A stretch of DNA of 33,905 bases from a virus (IMGVR_UViG_3300032236_001084:1-33905); one strand, 5' to 3'. Positions 18,349-26,712 are shown, counted from the first letter of the stretch. Notes: a model not told the origin generated them from the letters alone. Made by a program: numbers and translations.

Positions 18349-20057
18349 TAGATATACACAAACTTGGAAACCTTATCGCAGAAGAGATAACAAACGAACC
18401 TGGCGTATGTTTTTACCCGGGTGGATTTAAGCCACCACACAAAGGTCACTTTGAAGTAGCTAAAGACATATCGTCACGTAACTACATCACACATCTCTAT
18501 GTTATTATCTCACCAAAAGAGAGAGATGGTATAACTGCCGAACAGAGTTTAAAGGTATGGCAGACTTATCTAGCAGCACAACCTCTACCAAAGGTATCTG
18601 TTAGTATTTCTAAGACACAGACACCTGTTAAGGATATCTACGATTATATCGCCGATCACCCTACTGAGAAGCCAATCTATGTAATGGGAGGTAAAGACGA
18701 GGTAGATGATCAAGGATACTTTAAATCACTTCAAAAAGCATTTGGAGAAAGAGTTGTACCAATTCCTGTAGAAGAAAAGTTTGGTAGAATATCAGCTAGC
18801 TACGTTAGAGGTCTATTAAGATCAGGTGATATAGTAGGATTTGAAGATACCATTCCAGAAGCAGCAAAGAATAAAGGATATGCCGAGCCTATCTTTAAAC
18901 TACTGGCTACTACAATTAAGCAACCTGTAATTAAAGAAGGTGAAGAACCACATGAAGATGAAGCAATGTCTATCATTAGCAAGTATATTCAATGGTGTAA
19001 GCAAATGTTGGAGATTGAAGAACTACCACATATCGAATTCGTGTACGATACAAGTTTTACTGCACAAAATCATAGCTTTGGTGGATATACTCCTGAAGAT
19101 CACTCTATACTAATTTCAATAGCAAATAGGAATTTAGCAGATGTATTAAGAACTTTAGGACATGAACTAGTTCACCACCGTCAAAACGAAACAGTTGGTA
19201 TAAATCCTGAAGATGGTAAAACTGGTACAGATGTAGAAAATGAAGCTAATGCGGTAGCTGGAATGCTGATGAGAACATTTGGTAAACAAGACCCACGTAT
19301 TTATAATATCTTTATACCTGAAGTATCAACTACATTACAAGAAGATACTAGATCAGTAGCTAGGAAGCTATTAACAGCACTGCATGAAATGCGATTAACA
19401 GTAAAAAATGCAGCAGAAGTACATGGTGACCTACACCACGGGTATTTTAAGGTTGGAGATATAGAGTATAACTACACTATCCTAGAAACAGGTAATCCGT
19501 ATGATGATGGCGGTACATTTTACAATGTGGGTTTTGAAGAGGTAGACTCATCTGCACCTGGTGCTGGTCTTCCAACCGGTAATGCAGGAGGTAGGAATTA
19601 CATTAAGATCCTGAGTACAATGTATAAAGTTGTTCTAAATTTTACTGCAACAGTTAAACCTGACTACATTGCTATTGCAGCTTATGGAGATAGTAATTAC
19701 TTTAATATCTACAACGATTTAACAAAATCTAATCCAGTTCCTGGGTATTCTAGAAAAAGTCTTGATTTATTTTTTACAAGTAAAAGCGGGCAGAGAGGTA
19801 GAGCTATAGTATTAAAAAAGAATCAAGATAAAGCACAATTAACAGAATCTAAAGAGCATTATGTACCTTATATGTATTCTGCTCAAGGCTTTGGTTGCCA
19901 TGTTTGTAAGTTTTATTACAAAGAGAAAGGTACGCATATGTGTAGTAATCCTGACTACAAAGCTTATAAAGGTACTAACGAATTATTAGATAACGAAGGT
20001 AATAGTATTAAAGACCCATCAAAATGGTGTTCTAACTGGTTTAAACCTAAAGGATAG
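18345..20057 (+). CDS. Multidomain protein: HxGH nucleotidyltransferase + HExxH zincin-like domain + unknown domain + C-terminal 4-Cys domain
   Basis: YPGGFKPPHKGH and ISASYVR (cytidylyltransferase-like/HIGH); RTLGHELVHHRQ...ENEANAVAG (metallopeptidase-like); C-terminal GCHVCKFY...MCSN...KWCSNWF. Confidence 0.8.
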   Translation: MIDIHKLGNLIAEEITNEPGVCFYPGGFKPPHKGHFEVAKDISSRNYITHLYVIISPKERDGITAEQSLKVWQTYLAAQPLPKVSVSISKTQTPVKDIYDYIADHPTEKPIYVMGGKDEVDDQGYFKSLQKAFGERVVPIPVEEKFGRISASYVRGLLRSGDIVGFEDTIPEAAKNKGYAEPIFKLLATTIKQPVIKEGEEPHEDEAMSIISKYIQWCKQMLEIEELPHIEFVYDTSFTAQNHSFGGYTPEDHSILISIANRNLADVLRTLGHELVHHRQNETVGINPEDGKTGTDVENEANAVAGMLMRTFGKQDPRIYNIFIPEVSTTLQEDTRSVARKLLTALHEMRLTVKNAAEVHGDLHHGYFKVGDIEYNYTILETGNPYDDGGTFYNVGFEEVDSSAPGAGLPTGNAGGRNYIKILSTMYKVVLNFTATVKPDYIAIAAYGDSNYFNIYNDLTKSNPVPGYSRKSLDLFFTSKSGQRGRAIVLKKNQDKAQLTESKEHYVPYMYSAQGFGCHVCKFYYKEKGTHMCSNPDYKAYKGTNELLDNEGNSIKDPSKWCSNWFKPKG

Positions 20058-20692
20058 TGAAATTAATTAATACAGGTAATACTTTTGATCCAACTCCGTA
20101 TTGGACTAATCCTATTAAGAGGTATAAAACACCGCAAATAACTTGTGTGGATTTATTTGATACTAATGGCTACGATTTAACTGATTTAGAACAGGATTAC
20201 GCAGAAGTAAATACACCAGCCGAAGATCATAGATATAAGAGAGCCATAAAACGAACTTGGTTTGCAACCAAAAGACCAATTGTAGAAGGAGTACACATAA
20301 ATCATGCGCTACTATTTGAAAGAAAAGGATACAGCGGTACAGCTTTAGAACAGTTAAAGGATTGGAGTAATGAGATGCCAATCGTAAGCAAACTAATAAA
20401 GATACGTTCAAAGTGGGGAATAGACCTAGCAATAGATTATGTTGATAGAGACGGTAATGCATTTGAGGTATTTCATTATGAATGGGATGATTTCGACTAT
20501 GAAGCTGTGATGAGAGCTAAGACTAAAATCGAAGAATTAGCATTATCAACAGATTGGGATGCAGCAGCTAAAGAACTATTAGAAAGAAGAAGTGAATGGG
20601 CTTCTTTACCTTTCTTTGAACAGAGTGATTGGAAATGCAAATTCTTTAATATAGAACCTGAAAAGTTCAAAATAATAATTTGGAATGATTAA
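20057..20692 (+). CDS. Hypothetical phage protein (GTG start)
   Basis: 211-aa ORF overlapping the upstream TAG; W/D/E-rich (DLFDTNGYDLTDLEQ, INHALLFERKGY, HYEWDDF); no motif recognised. Confidence 0.7.
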   Translation: MKLINTGNTFDPTPYWTNPIKRYKTPQITCVDLFDTNGYDLTDLEQDYAEVNTPAEDHRYKRAIKRTWFATKRPIVEGVHINHALLFERKGYSGTALEQLKDWSNEMPIVSKLIKIRSKWGIDLAIDYVDRDGNAFEVFHYEWDDFDYEAVMRAKTKIEELALSTDWDAAAKELLERRSEWASLPFFEQSDWKCKFFNIEPEKFKIIIWND

Positions 20693-21272
20693 ACTAATAG
20701 ATTTACTAAAAGAAGCTAAACAGGTAGGTATACTATACCACTACACTAATTACGATAGTGCTATCAAGATAGTAGCTCAAGATCAATTAAAATCAGATTA
20801 TGCTGTAGATAGTACTAAAGATAATTTGAAATACAACATCTCCTTTACTAGAAATAAAAATTTTGCTACTGTTAAAAGAAGTTTAATGTCCGGTGCTCCA
20901 AGAGTTAGATTTACTGTTGATGGAGATAAATTAAGTGATAAGTATAAAATAGAACCTTTTGCACAGAAAGGATTTGAAAAAGCAAAGAAAAACAGTTTTG
21001 AAGCAGAGGAGAGAATTGTATACAATAAACCTTTTTCAATAGAATTATCAAACTACTTAATTAGTGTAGATATAGTTGAAGAATTAAAAGATCCAGGAAA
21101 ATATAAGTATAGTTCTGATTGGGATATGTATGGAGAAGATCAAAAAAGGTTTATTGAACTGTGTCAAAATAAGAACATAAATATAAATGTAATTGATCAA
21201 CATGGTAATTCTATTCCTTTTAAACAAAAAAAACAAACAAAAGGATTTTTATCAAAATTATTTAATAAATAA
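20685..21272 (+). CDS. Putative ADP-ribosyltransferase-fold protein with MIKL leader
   Basis: LYHYT...ISFTRN...EAEERI spacing matches the ART three-motif layout (H/R, S-x-T/S, E-x-E); leader MIKLIDLLKE. Confidence 0.5.
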   Translation: MIKLIDLLKEAKQVGILYHYTNYDSAIKIVAQDQLKSDYAVDSTKDNLKYNISFTRNKNFATVKRSLMSGAPRVRFTVDGDKLSDKYKIEPFAQKGFEKAKKNSFEAEERIVYNKPFSIELSNYLISVDIVEELKDPGKYKYSSDWDMYGEDQKRFIELCQNKNININVIDQHGNSIPFKQKKQTKGFLSKLFNK

Positions 21273-21328
21273 ATGTTAAACATATCTGAAAAAGATGCAT
21301 TTTTAGATAAATAATGAAATAGTATAAC

Positions 21329-21838
21329 ATGATTAAATTAATGAGTTTACTGAAAGAAGTAGAAGAAGCACCTAAAAAACTTTACTGTGATTTAGATGGT
21401 GTCTTGGTTGATTTCGAGAAAGGTTATGAAAATTTAACTGGAAAGAAAGCTCCCGGTGTTAATTCCGGGTATAATGCTAAAGAGTTTTGGGAGCCAATCA
21501 CAAAAGCAGGGGTGCCTTTCTGGTCAAACCTAGATTGGATGCCTGATGGTAAAGAATTATGGGATCATATTAAGAAATTCCATCCAAGCATCTTATCGGC
21601 ACCATCAAGAGATGAATCATCGAGAATTGGTAAGAAGGTATGGATGAAAAAACATCTACCTGGTGTGGATTTACATCTAAAAGCAGCAGAACAAAAGCAA
21701 GATCTAGCCAAAGAAGGTGATATCTTAATCGATGATAGGATAGATAATTGTAGAAGATGGCAACTAGCAGGAGGAACAGCAATACATCACACATCAGCTG
21801 CTAATACAATCCAGAAATTAAAAGATTTAGGTTATTAA
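21329..21838 (+). CDS. HAD-family 5'(3')-deoxyribonucleotidase (NT5C-like) with MIKL leader
   Basis: LYCDLDGVLVDF (DxD motif I), FWSNLDWMPDG, ILSAP, GKKVW, ILIDDR..N...W...GG.AI.H. Confidence 0.88.
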   Translation: MIKLMSLLKEVEEAPKKLYCDLDGVLVDFEKGYENLTGKKAPGVNSGYNAKEFWEPITKAGVPFWSNLDWMPDGKELWDHIKKFHPSILSAPSRDESSRIGKKVWMKKHLPGVDLHLKAAEQKQDLAKEGDILIDDRIDNCRRWQLAGGTAIHHTSAANTIQKLKDLGY

Positions 21839-21857
21839 TTAATAGAAATAAACCGTT

Positions 21858-22433
21858 ATGCAAAGAGAAACTGTACTCAAGAAAGAGTTTAGTCAAAAAG
21901 ATGTACAAAGAGCAAGAAACCTGTTAACCGGTAATGCTTCGGCAGCTACTTCATTACAGGCCGGATACGAAAAATCTAGACAAGACTATAAAGAAGGTGA
22001 TGTTTGGGAAGAACAAGGTAGAACTTGGACAATTAAAAATGGGTTAAAGCAAACTGTTACTAAGTTTGATTCTCTAAAAAAGTTACTAGTACTACCTCTA
22101 GCATGTCCAAACTGCGGTAAAGCATTAAAACTTACTGAATTAAATAAAAAAATGTATGCCATTCACCAAACCTGCTTTGATTGCGTTATTGAAAACGAAG
22201 CAAAATTAAAGCGTGAAGGTAAGTTCGAAGCATACCAAAAAGCTATCCTAAACGGTAATAAAAATGCCGTACTAGAAGATCTAGAAAGAGCTCTAGATGG
22301 GTGGTTAAACGAAACTACTTCCTTTGTATCCGAAGATGGAGTAGTAGAGGAGTGGAGTAAAGTCAAACTTAAATCAGAAGACTTTGATGGAGTTAGAGAA
22401 GAAATAAAAAAGGCCAAGGAACAGGAGATCTAA
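21858..22433 (+). CDS. Hypothetical protein with CxxC...CxxC zinc ribbon
   Basis: EGDVWEE.GRTWTIKNG; CPNCG...CFDC. Confidence 0.7.
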   Translation: MQRETVLKKEFSQKDVQRARNLLTGNASAATSLQAGYEKSRQDYKEGDVWEEQGRTWTIKNGLKQTVTKFDSLKKLLVLPLACPNCGKALKLTELNKKMYAIHQTCFDCVIENEAKLKREGKFEAYQKAILNGNKNAVLEDLERALDGWLNETTSFVSEDGVVEEWSKVKLKSEDFDGVREEIKKAKEQEI

Positions 22434-22435
22434 AC

Positions 22436-22442
22436 TATTTAT
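22436..22442 (+). promoter_or_regulatory. Putative late promoter motif TATTTAT
   Basis: aacTATTTATtat in the intergenic gap before ATG 22465. Confidence 0.5.
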
Positions 22443-22464
22443 TATCAAAATAGATAGATATTTT

Positions 22465-23106
22465 ATGCCAGCAACTTCTCAAGCACAGCAACACACTGCA
22501 GCAATCGCATTAGCAGCAAAAGAAAAACATAACACTAAAGGTCTAAAAGGTCCTGCCAAAGCAATGTCACATATGGCAAAGGGTGAACTAGAAAAATATG
22601 CTCACACCAAGCTAAAAGGCCTACCTAAACACGTACAGAAAGAATCAGTACTAGGTACTCACCCGGTTGATACTATTGAATTCTGGGTTGTACAGAAACC
22701 AACCTCACACGAATCTTCTATCCAAGATATCGTTACCTCATGTGACCCATTCCAATTTGCAGATATGTGTAGATCCGGTCTAGCTCCTGAAGCTGTACAT
22801 GGATTTTATACAGAAGAAGAAGATGCTGAAAAAGCGGGTAAACAGTTATTAACTGATATGTACCATACTGCTAAATCTCTAGAAGAAAAGAAAGAAGAAG
22901 TAACAACTAAACTTCAAAAAACTATTGATAAGCTTCAAAAGAAAGCTGAAGAGCATATGAGAATGGTTAAGAAAGAACCAGACCAGGCCGATCATCACCA
23001 CGAAGAAGCAGAAAAGGTAATGGCACGTATTAAAGAATTACGTGGTAAACATAAGATGGTAGAAACAGCTAAGAAACAATTAAAACCTTTAGAAGAAGAT
23101 AAATAA
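22465..23106 (+). CDS. DUF3008-like N-terminal domain fused to a charged coiled-coil region
   Basis: MPATSQAQQ..A.IALAAK...LKGPAKAM..M...ELEKYA.TK.KGLP.HV resembles DUF3008; K/E-rich C-terminus. Confidence 0.65.
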   Translation: MPATSQAQQHTAAIALAAKEKHNTKGLKGPAKAMSHMAKGELEKYAHTKLKGLPKHVQKESVLGTHPVDTIEFWVVQKPTSHESSIQDIVTSCDPFQFADMCRSGLAPEAVHGFYTEEEDAEKAGKQLLTDMYHTAKSLEEKKEEVTTKLQKTIDKLQKKAEEHMRMVKKEPDQADHHHEEAEKVMARIKELRGKHKMVETAKKQLKPLEEDK

Positions 23107-23108
23107 TT

Positions 23109-23471
23109 ATGGAAGAATTTGCACAATTTATCTCAATGTTATTTGCATCGAGAACACAAGCTCACATTTTTCACCTCCAAACAGATTCTTATGCAGCACA
23201 TAAAGCTCTACAAGAATACTACGAAGAGATTATAGAAATCGCCGATGGCCTAGTAGAATCGTATCAAGGTAGATATGGTATTTTAAGAGATTATAGCGGT
23301 CAGGCTACATTCAAAGAGGATAATCAACCTCTAGCATATTTTGAAGCACTGGATAAGTATGTAGAGACAACAAGACAAGTAATCCCACAAGATTCTTATA
23401 TTCAAAACGAAGTGGATACTTTAGTAGCTTTAATTGAAAGTACTAAGTATAAGCTTAAATTCTTACACTAA
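23109..23471 (+). CDS. Ferritin/Dps-like four-helix protein
   Basis: QAHIFHLQTDSYAAHKALQEYYEEI...DGLVESYQG parallels the Dps ferroxidase pattern (H-W/L...H...D...E); 120 aa. Confidence 0.75.
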   Translation: MEEFAQFISMLFASRTQAHIFHLQTDSYAAHKALQEYYEEIIEIADGLVESYQGRYGILRDYSGQATFKEDNQPLAYFEALDKYVETTRQVIPQDSYIQNEVDTLVALIESTKYKLKFLH

Positions 23472-23472
23472 T

Positions 23473-23793
23473 ATGTTACTAGAAACTGATTCATATTGCC
23501 CATCTTGTCTAGCTGAATATCTTATTGAACACAAAGATAAGTTAGTAGAGGCTGAATATCATGGACGTAAAGTGACTCTAGGTAAACCATTTTTAACACC
23601 TGGTGGACCTAAGAAGAGATCTGTTTATGTTAAGAATGCAAAAGGTAATGTGGTGAAGGTAAACTTTGGTGATCCAAACATGAGAATTAAAAAACATATA
23701 CCTGCAAGACGTAGATCCTATAGAGCAAGACACCATTGTCAAAACCCAGGACCACGAGATCGTGCAAATTATTGGAGCTGTAAATTTTGGTAA
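23473..23793 (+). CDS. Small basic phage protein (YWSC C-terminal family)
   Basis: ATG at 23473; EAEYHGRKVTLGKPF..GGPKK..VYVKN.KGNVVKVNFGD..M.IK...RR.SYRARH.C..PG....ANYWSC; K/R-rich. Confidence 0.75.
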   Translation: MLLETDSYCPSCLAEYLIEHKDKLVEAEYHGRKVTLGKPFLTPGGPKKRSVYVKNAKGNVVKVNFGDPNMRIKKHIPARRRSYRARHHCQNPGPRDRANYWSCKFW

Positions 23794-24440
23794 AATGTAT
23801 TACGTGTATTTATTAGTAGATCCTCAAGATAACCAGCCGTTCTATTGCGGAAAGGGTAAAGGAAGTAGATGGAAATCACATTTAGGGTACTGGAGTGGTA
23901 ACGGAAAAAATAGCAGGTGTGAGAATAAAATAAAAAGCCTAAGAGCGAAAGGAATTGAACCGGAAGTGAGATTCTTAGTTGAAAATATAGAAGAAGAGGA
24001 AGTAGCCTACAAGATAGAAGAGAGCTATATTAGAGAGCATTTTGATAGTTTAGTAAATCTTAAAATAGAAGCTAAGCCACCAAGTAGAAAAGGAAAACCG
24101 AGCTGGAATAAAGGAATTAATATGCCAAAAGAGTTTAGTGATAGGCAGAGTGGAAGATTGAAAGAGGAGTATAGAACCGGTAAGAGATCTAGTTGGAGTG
24201 GTAGATTATCAGAAGAAGAGAAGCATGCCTTTTATTCTAAAATGGCATTATGTAAAAAAAATTTTACAAGTAAAAGAAAAACTAAGGTATACTGTGAGCA
24301 GCTAGATAAACTATTTGAAAGCCAGACTGAAGCAGCAATTCAATTAGGATTAAGACAGGGGGATATTTCAAATGTGCTTGCTGGGAGACAAACGACAACA
24401 AAAGGTTACACTTTTAAATACATATAGAGCTTGGTAAAAT
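23787..24440 (+). mobile_element. Homing-endonuclease insertion bounded by 10-bp direct repeat TTGGTAAAAT
   Basis: TTGGTAAAAT at 23787-23796 and 24431-24440, flanking the GIY-YIG ORF. Confidence 0.65.
23795..24427 (+). CDS. Free-standing GIY-YIG homing endonuclease with NUMOD/HTH DNA-binding modules
   Basis: ATG 23795; YYVYLLVDP..NQPFYCGKG...R...H and E..AY.IE..YI...LVN (GIY-YIG); PSWNKG (NUMOD3-like); KLFESQTEAA.QLG..QGDIS.VL.GRQ.T.KGYTFKY (NUMOD1/HTH); visibly more purine-rich than its neighbours. Confidence 0.88.
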   Translation: MYYVYLLVDPQDNQPFYCGKGKGSRWKSHLGYWSGNGKNSRCENKIKSLRAKGIEPEVRFLVENIEEEEVAYKIEESYIREHFDSLVNLKIEAKPPSRKGKPSWNKGINMPKEFSDRQSGRLKEEYRTGKRSSWSGRLSEEEKHAFYSKMALCKKNFTSKRKTKVYCEQLDKLFESQTEAAIQLGLRQGDISNVLAGRQTTTKGYTFKYI

Positions 24441-24449
24441 AACACTACA

Positions 24450-24893
24450 ATGAACGCATATAACTTTTTTAAATTCTTAGAGAAAACAGATAATAGAAAA
24501 ACACCTTTTTTAGTAAAATTAGCATTAGCACCTGAAGAATTAACACCGGAAGAGCTACATATTAAGAGAAGTTTGATATTATCTCCGTTATCGGATTTTT
24601 ATTTTGAAGAACCAATATCACTACCTGATAATATGACTATTGAGGGTAACTTTATTTTAGATGGAGTATATGTAGACGGTGGGATATTACCAAACGGATT
24701 AGTAGTAAAAGGAAATCTAGAAATAGATTTTTGTTACATTACAGAACTTCCTTCAGATATGATAATAGGTGGAGATGTTCATATAGAATCAGATGAGTTA
24801 GTTCAAACTTACTACGGATCACCAGAAGAAGTAAAAAGAGCTTGTCCAGGTATAAAAGGTAAAGTTTATATGCCTGAACTTGATTATAGGTAA
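24450..24893 (+). CDS. Degenerate LRR-like repeat protein, paralog of 30383 and 30855 proteins
   Basis: N-terminal FFKFLEKTD...PEELTPEEL; repeats ISLPDNMTIEGNF / LPNGLVVKGNL / ITELPSDMIIGGDV; C-terminal EEVKRACPGIKGKVY. Confidence 0.75.
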   Translation: MNAYNFFKFLEKTDNRKTPFLVKLALAPEELTPEELHIKRSLILSPLSDFYFEEPISLPDNMTIEGNFILDGVYVDGGILPNGLVVKGNLEIDFCYITELPSDMIIGGDVHIESDELVQTYYGSPEEVKRACPGIKGKVYMPELDYR

Positions 24894-24908
24894 TACAGAT
24901 AGAGAGTA

Positions 24909-25280
24909 ATGATTAAACTTACTAATATATTAAAAGAGATTCTTGAAGAGAAAGAAGACCGATGCTTAAGAATTGCCCGTCGTAGATACGATAAGCCTTC
25001 TGCTTATAGATCCGGTGCAATTGTGAGATGTAGGAAAGGTGAGATTTGGAAAGACTTAAAAGAAGAAGAATCTCTACATAAATGGTTTTCAAGAAAAGGT
25101 GGTGAAGGACATAGAGGCTGGGTGGATTGTAATACCTGTCATGAAGTAGATGGTAAGAAAAAATGTAAACCATGTGGAAGACAGGATGGTGAGACTAGAG
25201 CAAAATATCCTTCCTGCCGACCAACACCATCACAGTGTAGTAGATCAGGTAAAGGTAAAACTTGGGGCAAAACAAAATGA
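24909..25280 (+). CDS. Basic Cys-rich protein with MIKL leader
   Basis: MIKLTNILKE; PSAYRSGAIVRCRK; ESLHKWF; GWVDC; KPCGR; YPSCRPT. Confidence 0.75.
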   Translation: MIKLTNILKEILEEKEDRCLRIARRRYDKPSAYRSGAIVRCRKGEIWKDLKEEESLHKWFSRKGGEGHRGWVDCNTCHEVDGKKKCKPCGRQDGETRAKYPSCRPTPSQCSRSGKGKTWGKTK

Positions 25281-25465
25281 TAAAGCTAATTGATATACTT
25301 ACAGAAGTAAAAGAAGGAATTGATGATCCAGTTAAACCTGGTATTCTAAAGAATAGATTAGGAAAGCTTTCTTGTACAAGAGTAAGATCTGCAAAAGCTA
25401 AACTAAAAAATAAGGGTACTCATTACGCAAAAGCATTACAGAGATATTTAAACTACCACTGTTAA
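25277..25465 (+). CDS. Small basic protein with MIKL leader (62 aa)
   Basis: ATG at 25277 (ATGA overlap with the upstream stop) gives MIKLIDILTEVKEGIDDPVKPGILK...ALQRYLNYHC. Confidence 0.75.
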   Translation: MIKLIDILTEVKEGIDDPVKPGILKNRLGKLSCTRVRSAKAKLKNKGTHYAKALQRYLNYHC

Positions 25466-25469
25466 AACT

Positions 25470-25817
25470 ATGATAAAACTAACTGAATTAATATTAGAAG
25501 ATAAGACTGTACCGGAAAAAGCTTTTGAAGAATTTGCCGATAAGAGATTTGGCGGTGCAGAAAAGATAGCCGATAACGCTAAAGAAAAAGGTGGACCTTC
25601 TATGTTAACTTACCATCATTTTAAAGTAAAACTTCCTTATTATAAGAAGGCATCTGAAGGTAAATTAGATTTAGAAAAAGCAGAAGAAGAGTATCAAGAT
25701 CTTGTAAAAGAACTATACGATACTACTAAGAAGAAAATGAATATCGAACAGATAGCTTTTCAGAAATTAGTTGGACGTATTGAAGTTTTAGGTGAATTAC
25801 TTATAAAACATAGATAA
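25470..25817 (+). CDS. Hypothetical helical protein with MIKL leader
   Basis: MIKLTELILE; 115-aa ORF; no motif recognised. Confidence 0.7.
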   Translation: MIKLTELILEDKTVPEKAFEEFADKRFGGAEKIADNAKEKGGPSMLTYHHFKVKLPYYKKASEGKLDLEKAEEEYQDLVKELYDTTKKKMNIEQIAFQKLVGRIEVLGELLIKHR

Positions 25818-25818
25818 G

Positions 25819-26712
25819 ATGATAAAGCTAATAGATTTACTAAAAGAATGTGTTATCGCTGCAGTACATATAGACGGTGATACTGTATTAACTAAAAATA
25901 GAGATAGAGGCTATACTGCTAAAATACGTATTGTTCATGAATTAATAGACGGTGTTGAAGTAGTATATTGGTTAGATGAAGATACAGACTGGTGTGAAGG
26001 TATGAATGAACATGGTATTGGTATTGTAAATTCAAGTCTACTAGTAGGTAAAGATGAAAAAGAAAGCGATAAGATAGAAAAGAAGCAAAAGGGTAATCAC
26101 GATGCTACTGAGAAGAAAATTACATCAACTGACGGTCTTAAGATTAGACATGCATTAAAACAAAACTCTATTAGAGATGCAATTGAATCAGTAGTATCTT
26201 ATGTAGGTAAAGATAAGAAAGACGTAGGTGTAAAAGGACACGTAATGGTAGCTACACCAAAAGTTAGTTATAATGTTGAATCTACAAGTAAAAATACACC
26301 TATTATAACTAAGTTAGATAGAGAAGAGAAAGCTCACACAAGATCAAACCATGGTGTATCTCACGAAGATGCAGGTTATACTCAAGGTGTTAAAAGAAGA
26401 TCATCACTATCAAGAAGAGATTTAGCTGCAAGAAACCTAGATGAAGTAGAAGATTGGAATGAAGTGTTAGATGCAATGGCTAAACAAACTGAATCTGATC
26501 CTTTTATGAATCCATTCAGACATGATAATATTTATAAAATGCGTACTATAGGTCAAATCATGATGAATTTAAACAAACTTAAATTCGTATACAGAGGTAC
26601 ATCAGCACACTCTGAATTTAAAGGATACGACAATAGATTACCAGATGATTACGAACCAAAGATAGAAGTAATAATTTTAGACTCCGTTAAACCAAGAGAT
26701 TCAGATGATTAA
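25819..26712 (+). CDS. Ntn-hydrolase (Cys-nucleophile; choloylglycine hydrolase / C45 / NRDE-like) with MIKL leader
   Basis: After the leader: C-V-I-A-A...KNRDR, WCEGMNEHGIGIVNS, RSNHG, S..R. These are typical of Cys-type Ntn hydrolases. Confidence 0.8.
   Translation: MIKLIDLLKECVIAAVHIDGDTVLTKNRDRGYTAKIRIVHELIDGVEVVYWLDEDTDWCEGMNEHGIGIVNSSLLVGKDEKESDKIEKKQKGNHDATEKKITSTDGLKIRHALKQNSIRDAIESVVSYVGKDKKDVGVKGHVMVATPKVSYNVESTSKNTPIITKLDREEKAHTRSNHGVSHEDAGYTQGVKRRSSLSRRDLAARNLDEVEDWNEVLDAMAKQTESDPFMNPFRHDNIYKMRTIGQIMMNLNKLKFVYRGTSAHSEFKGYDNRLPDDYEPKIEVIILDSVKPRDSDD

Noticed and set aside
20057-20086. MKLINTG start as another copy of the MIKL leader
   Set aside because: Lacks the (L/I)(L/I)xE ending and has a GTG start; not counted.
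21273-21314. 13-codon mini-ORF MLNISEKDAFLDK between the ART-like and HAD genes
   Set aside because: Too short to support; could be a gene remnant or chance.
23762-24440. Group I intron around the GIY-YIG gene
   Set aside because: The ORF fills the whole interval between the direct repeats, leaving no space for a ribozyme core, and the upstream gene has its own stop.
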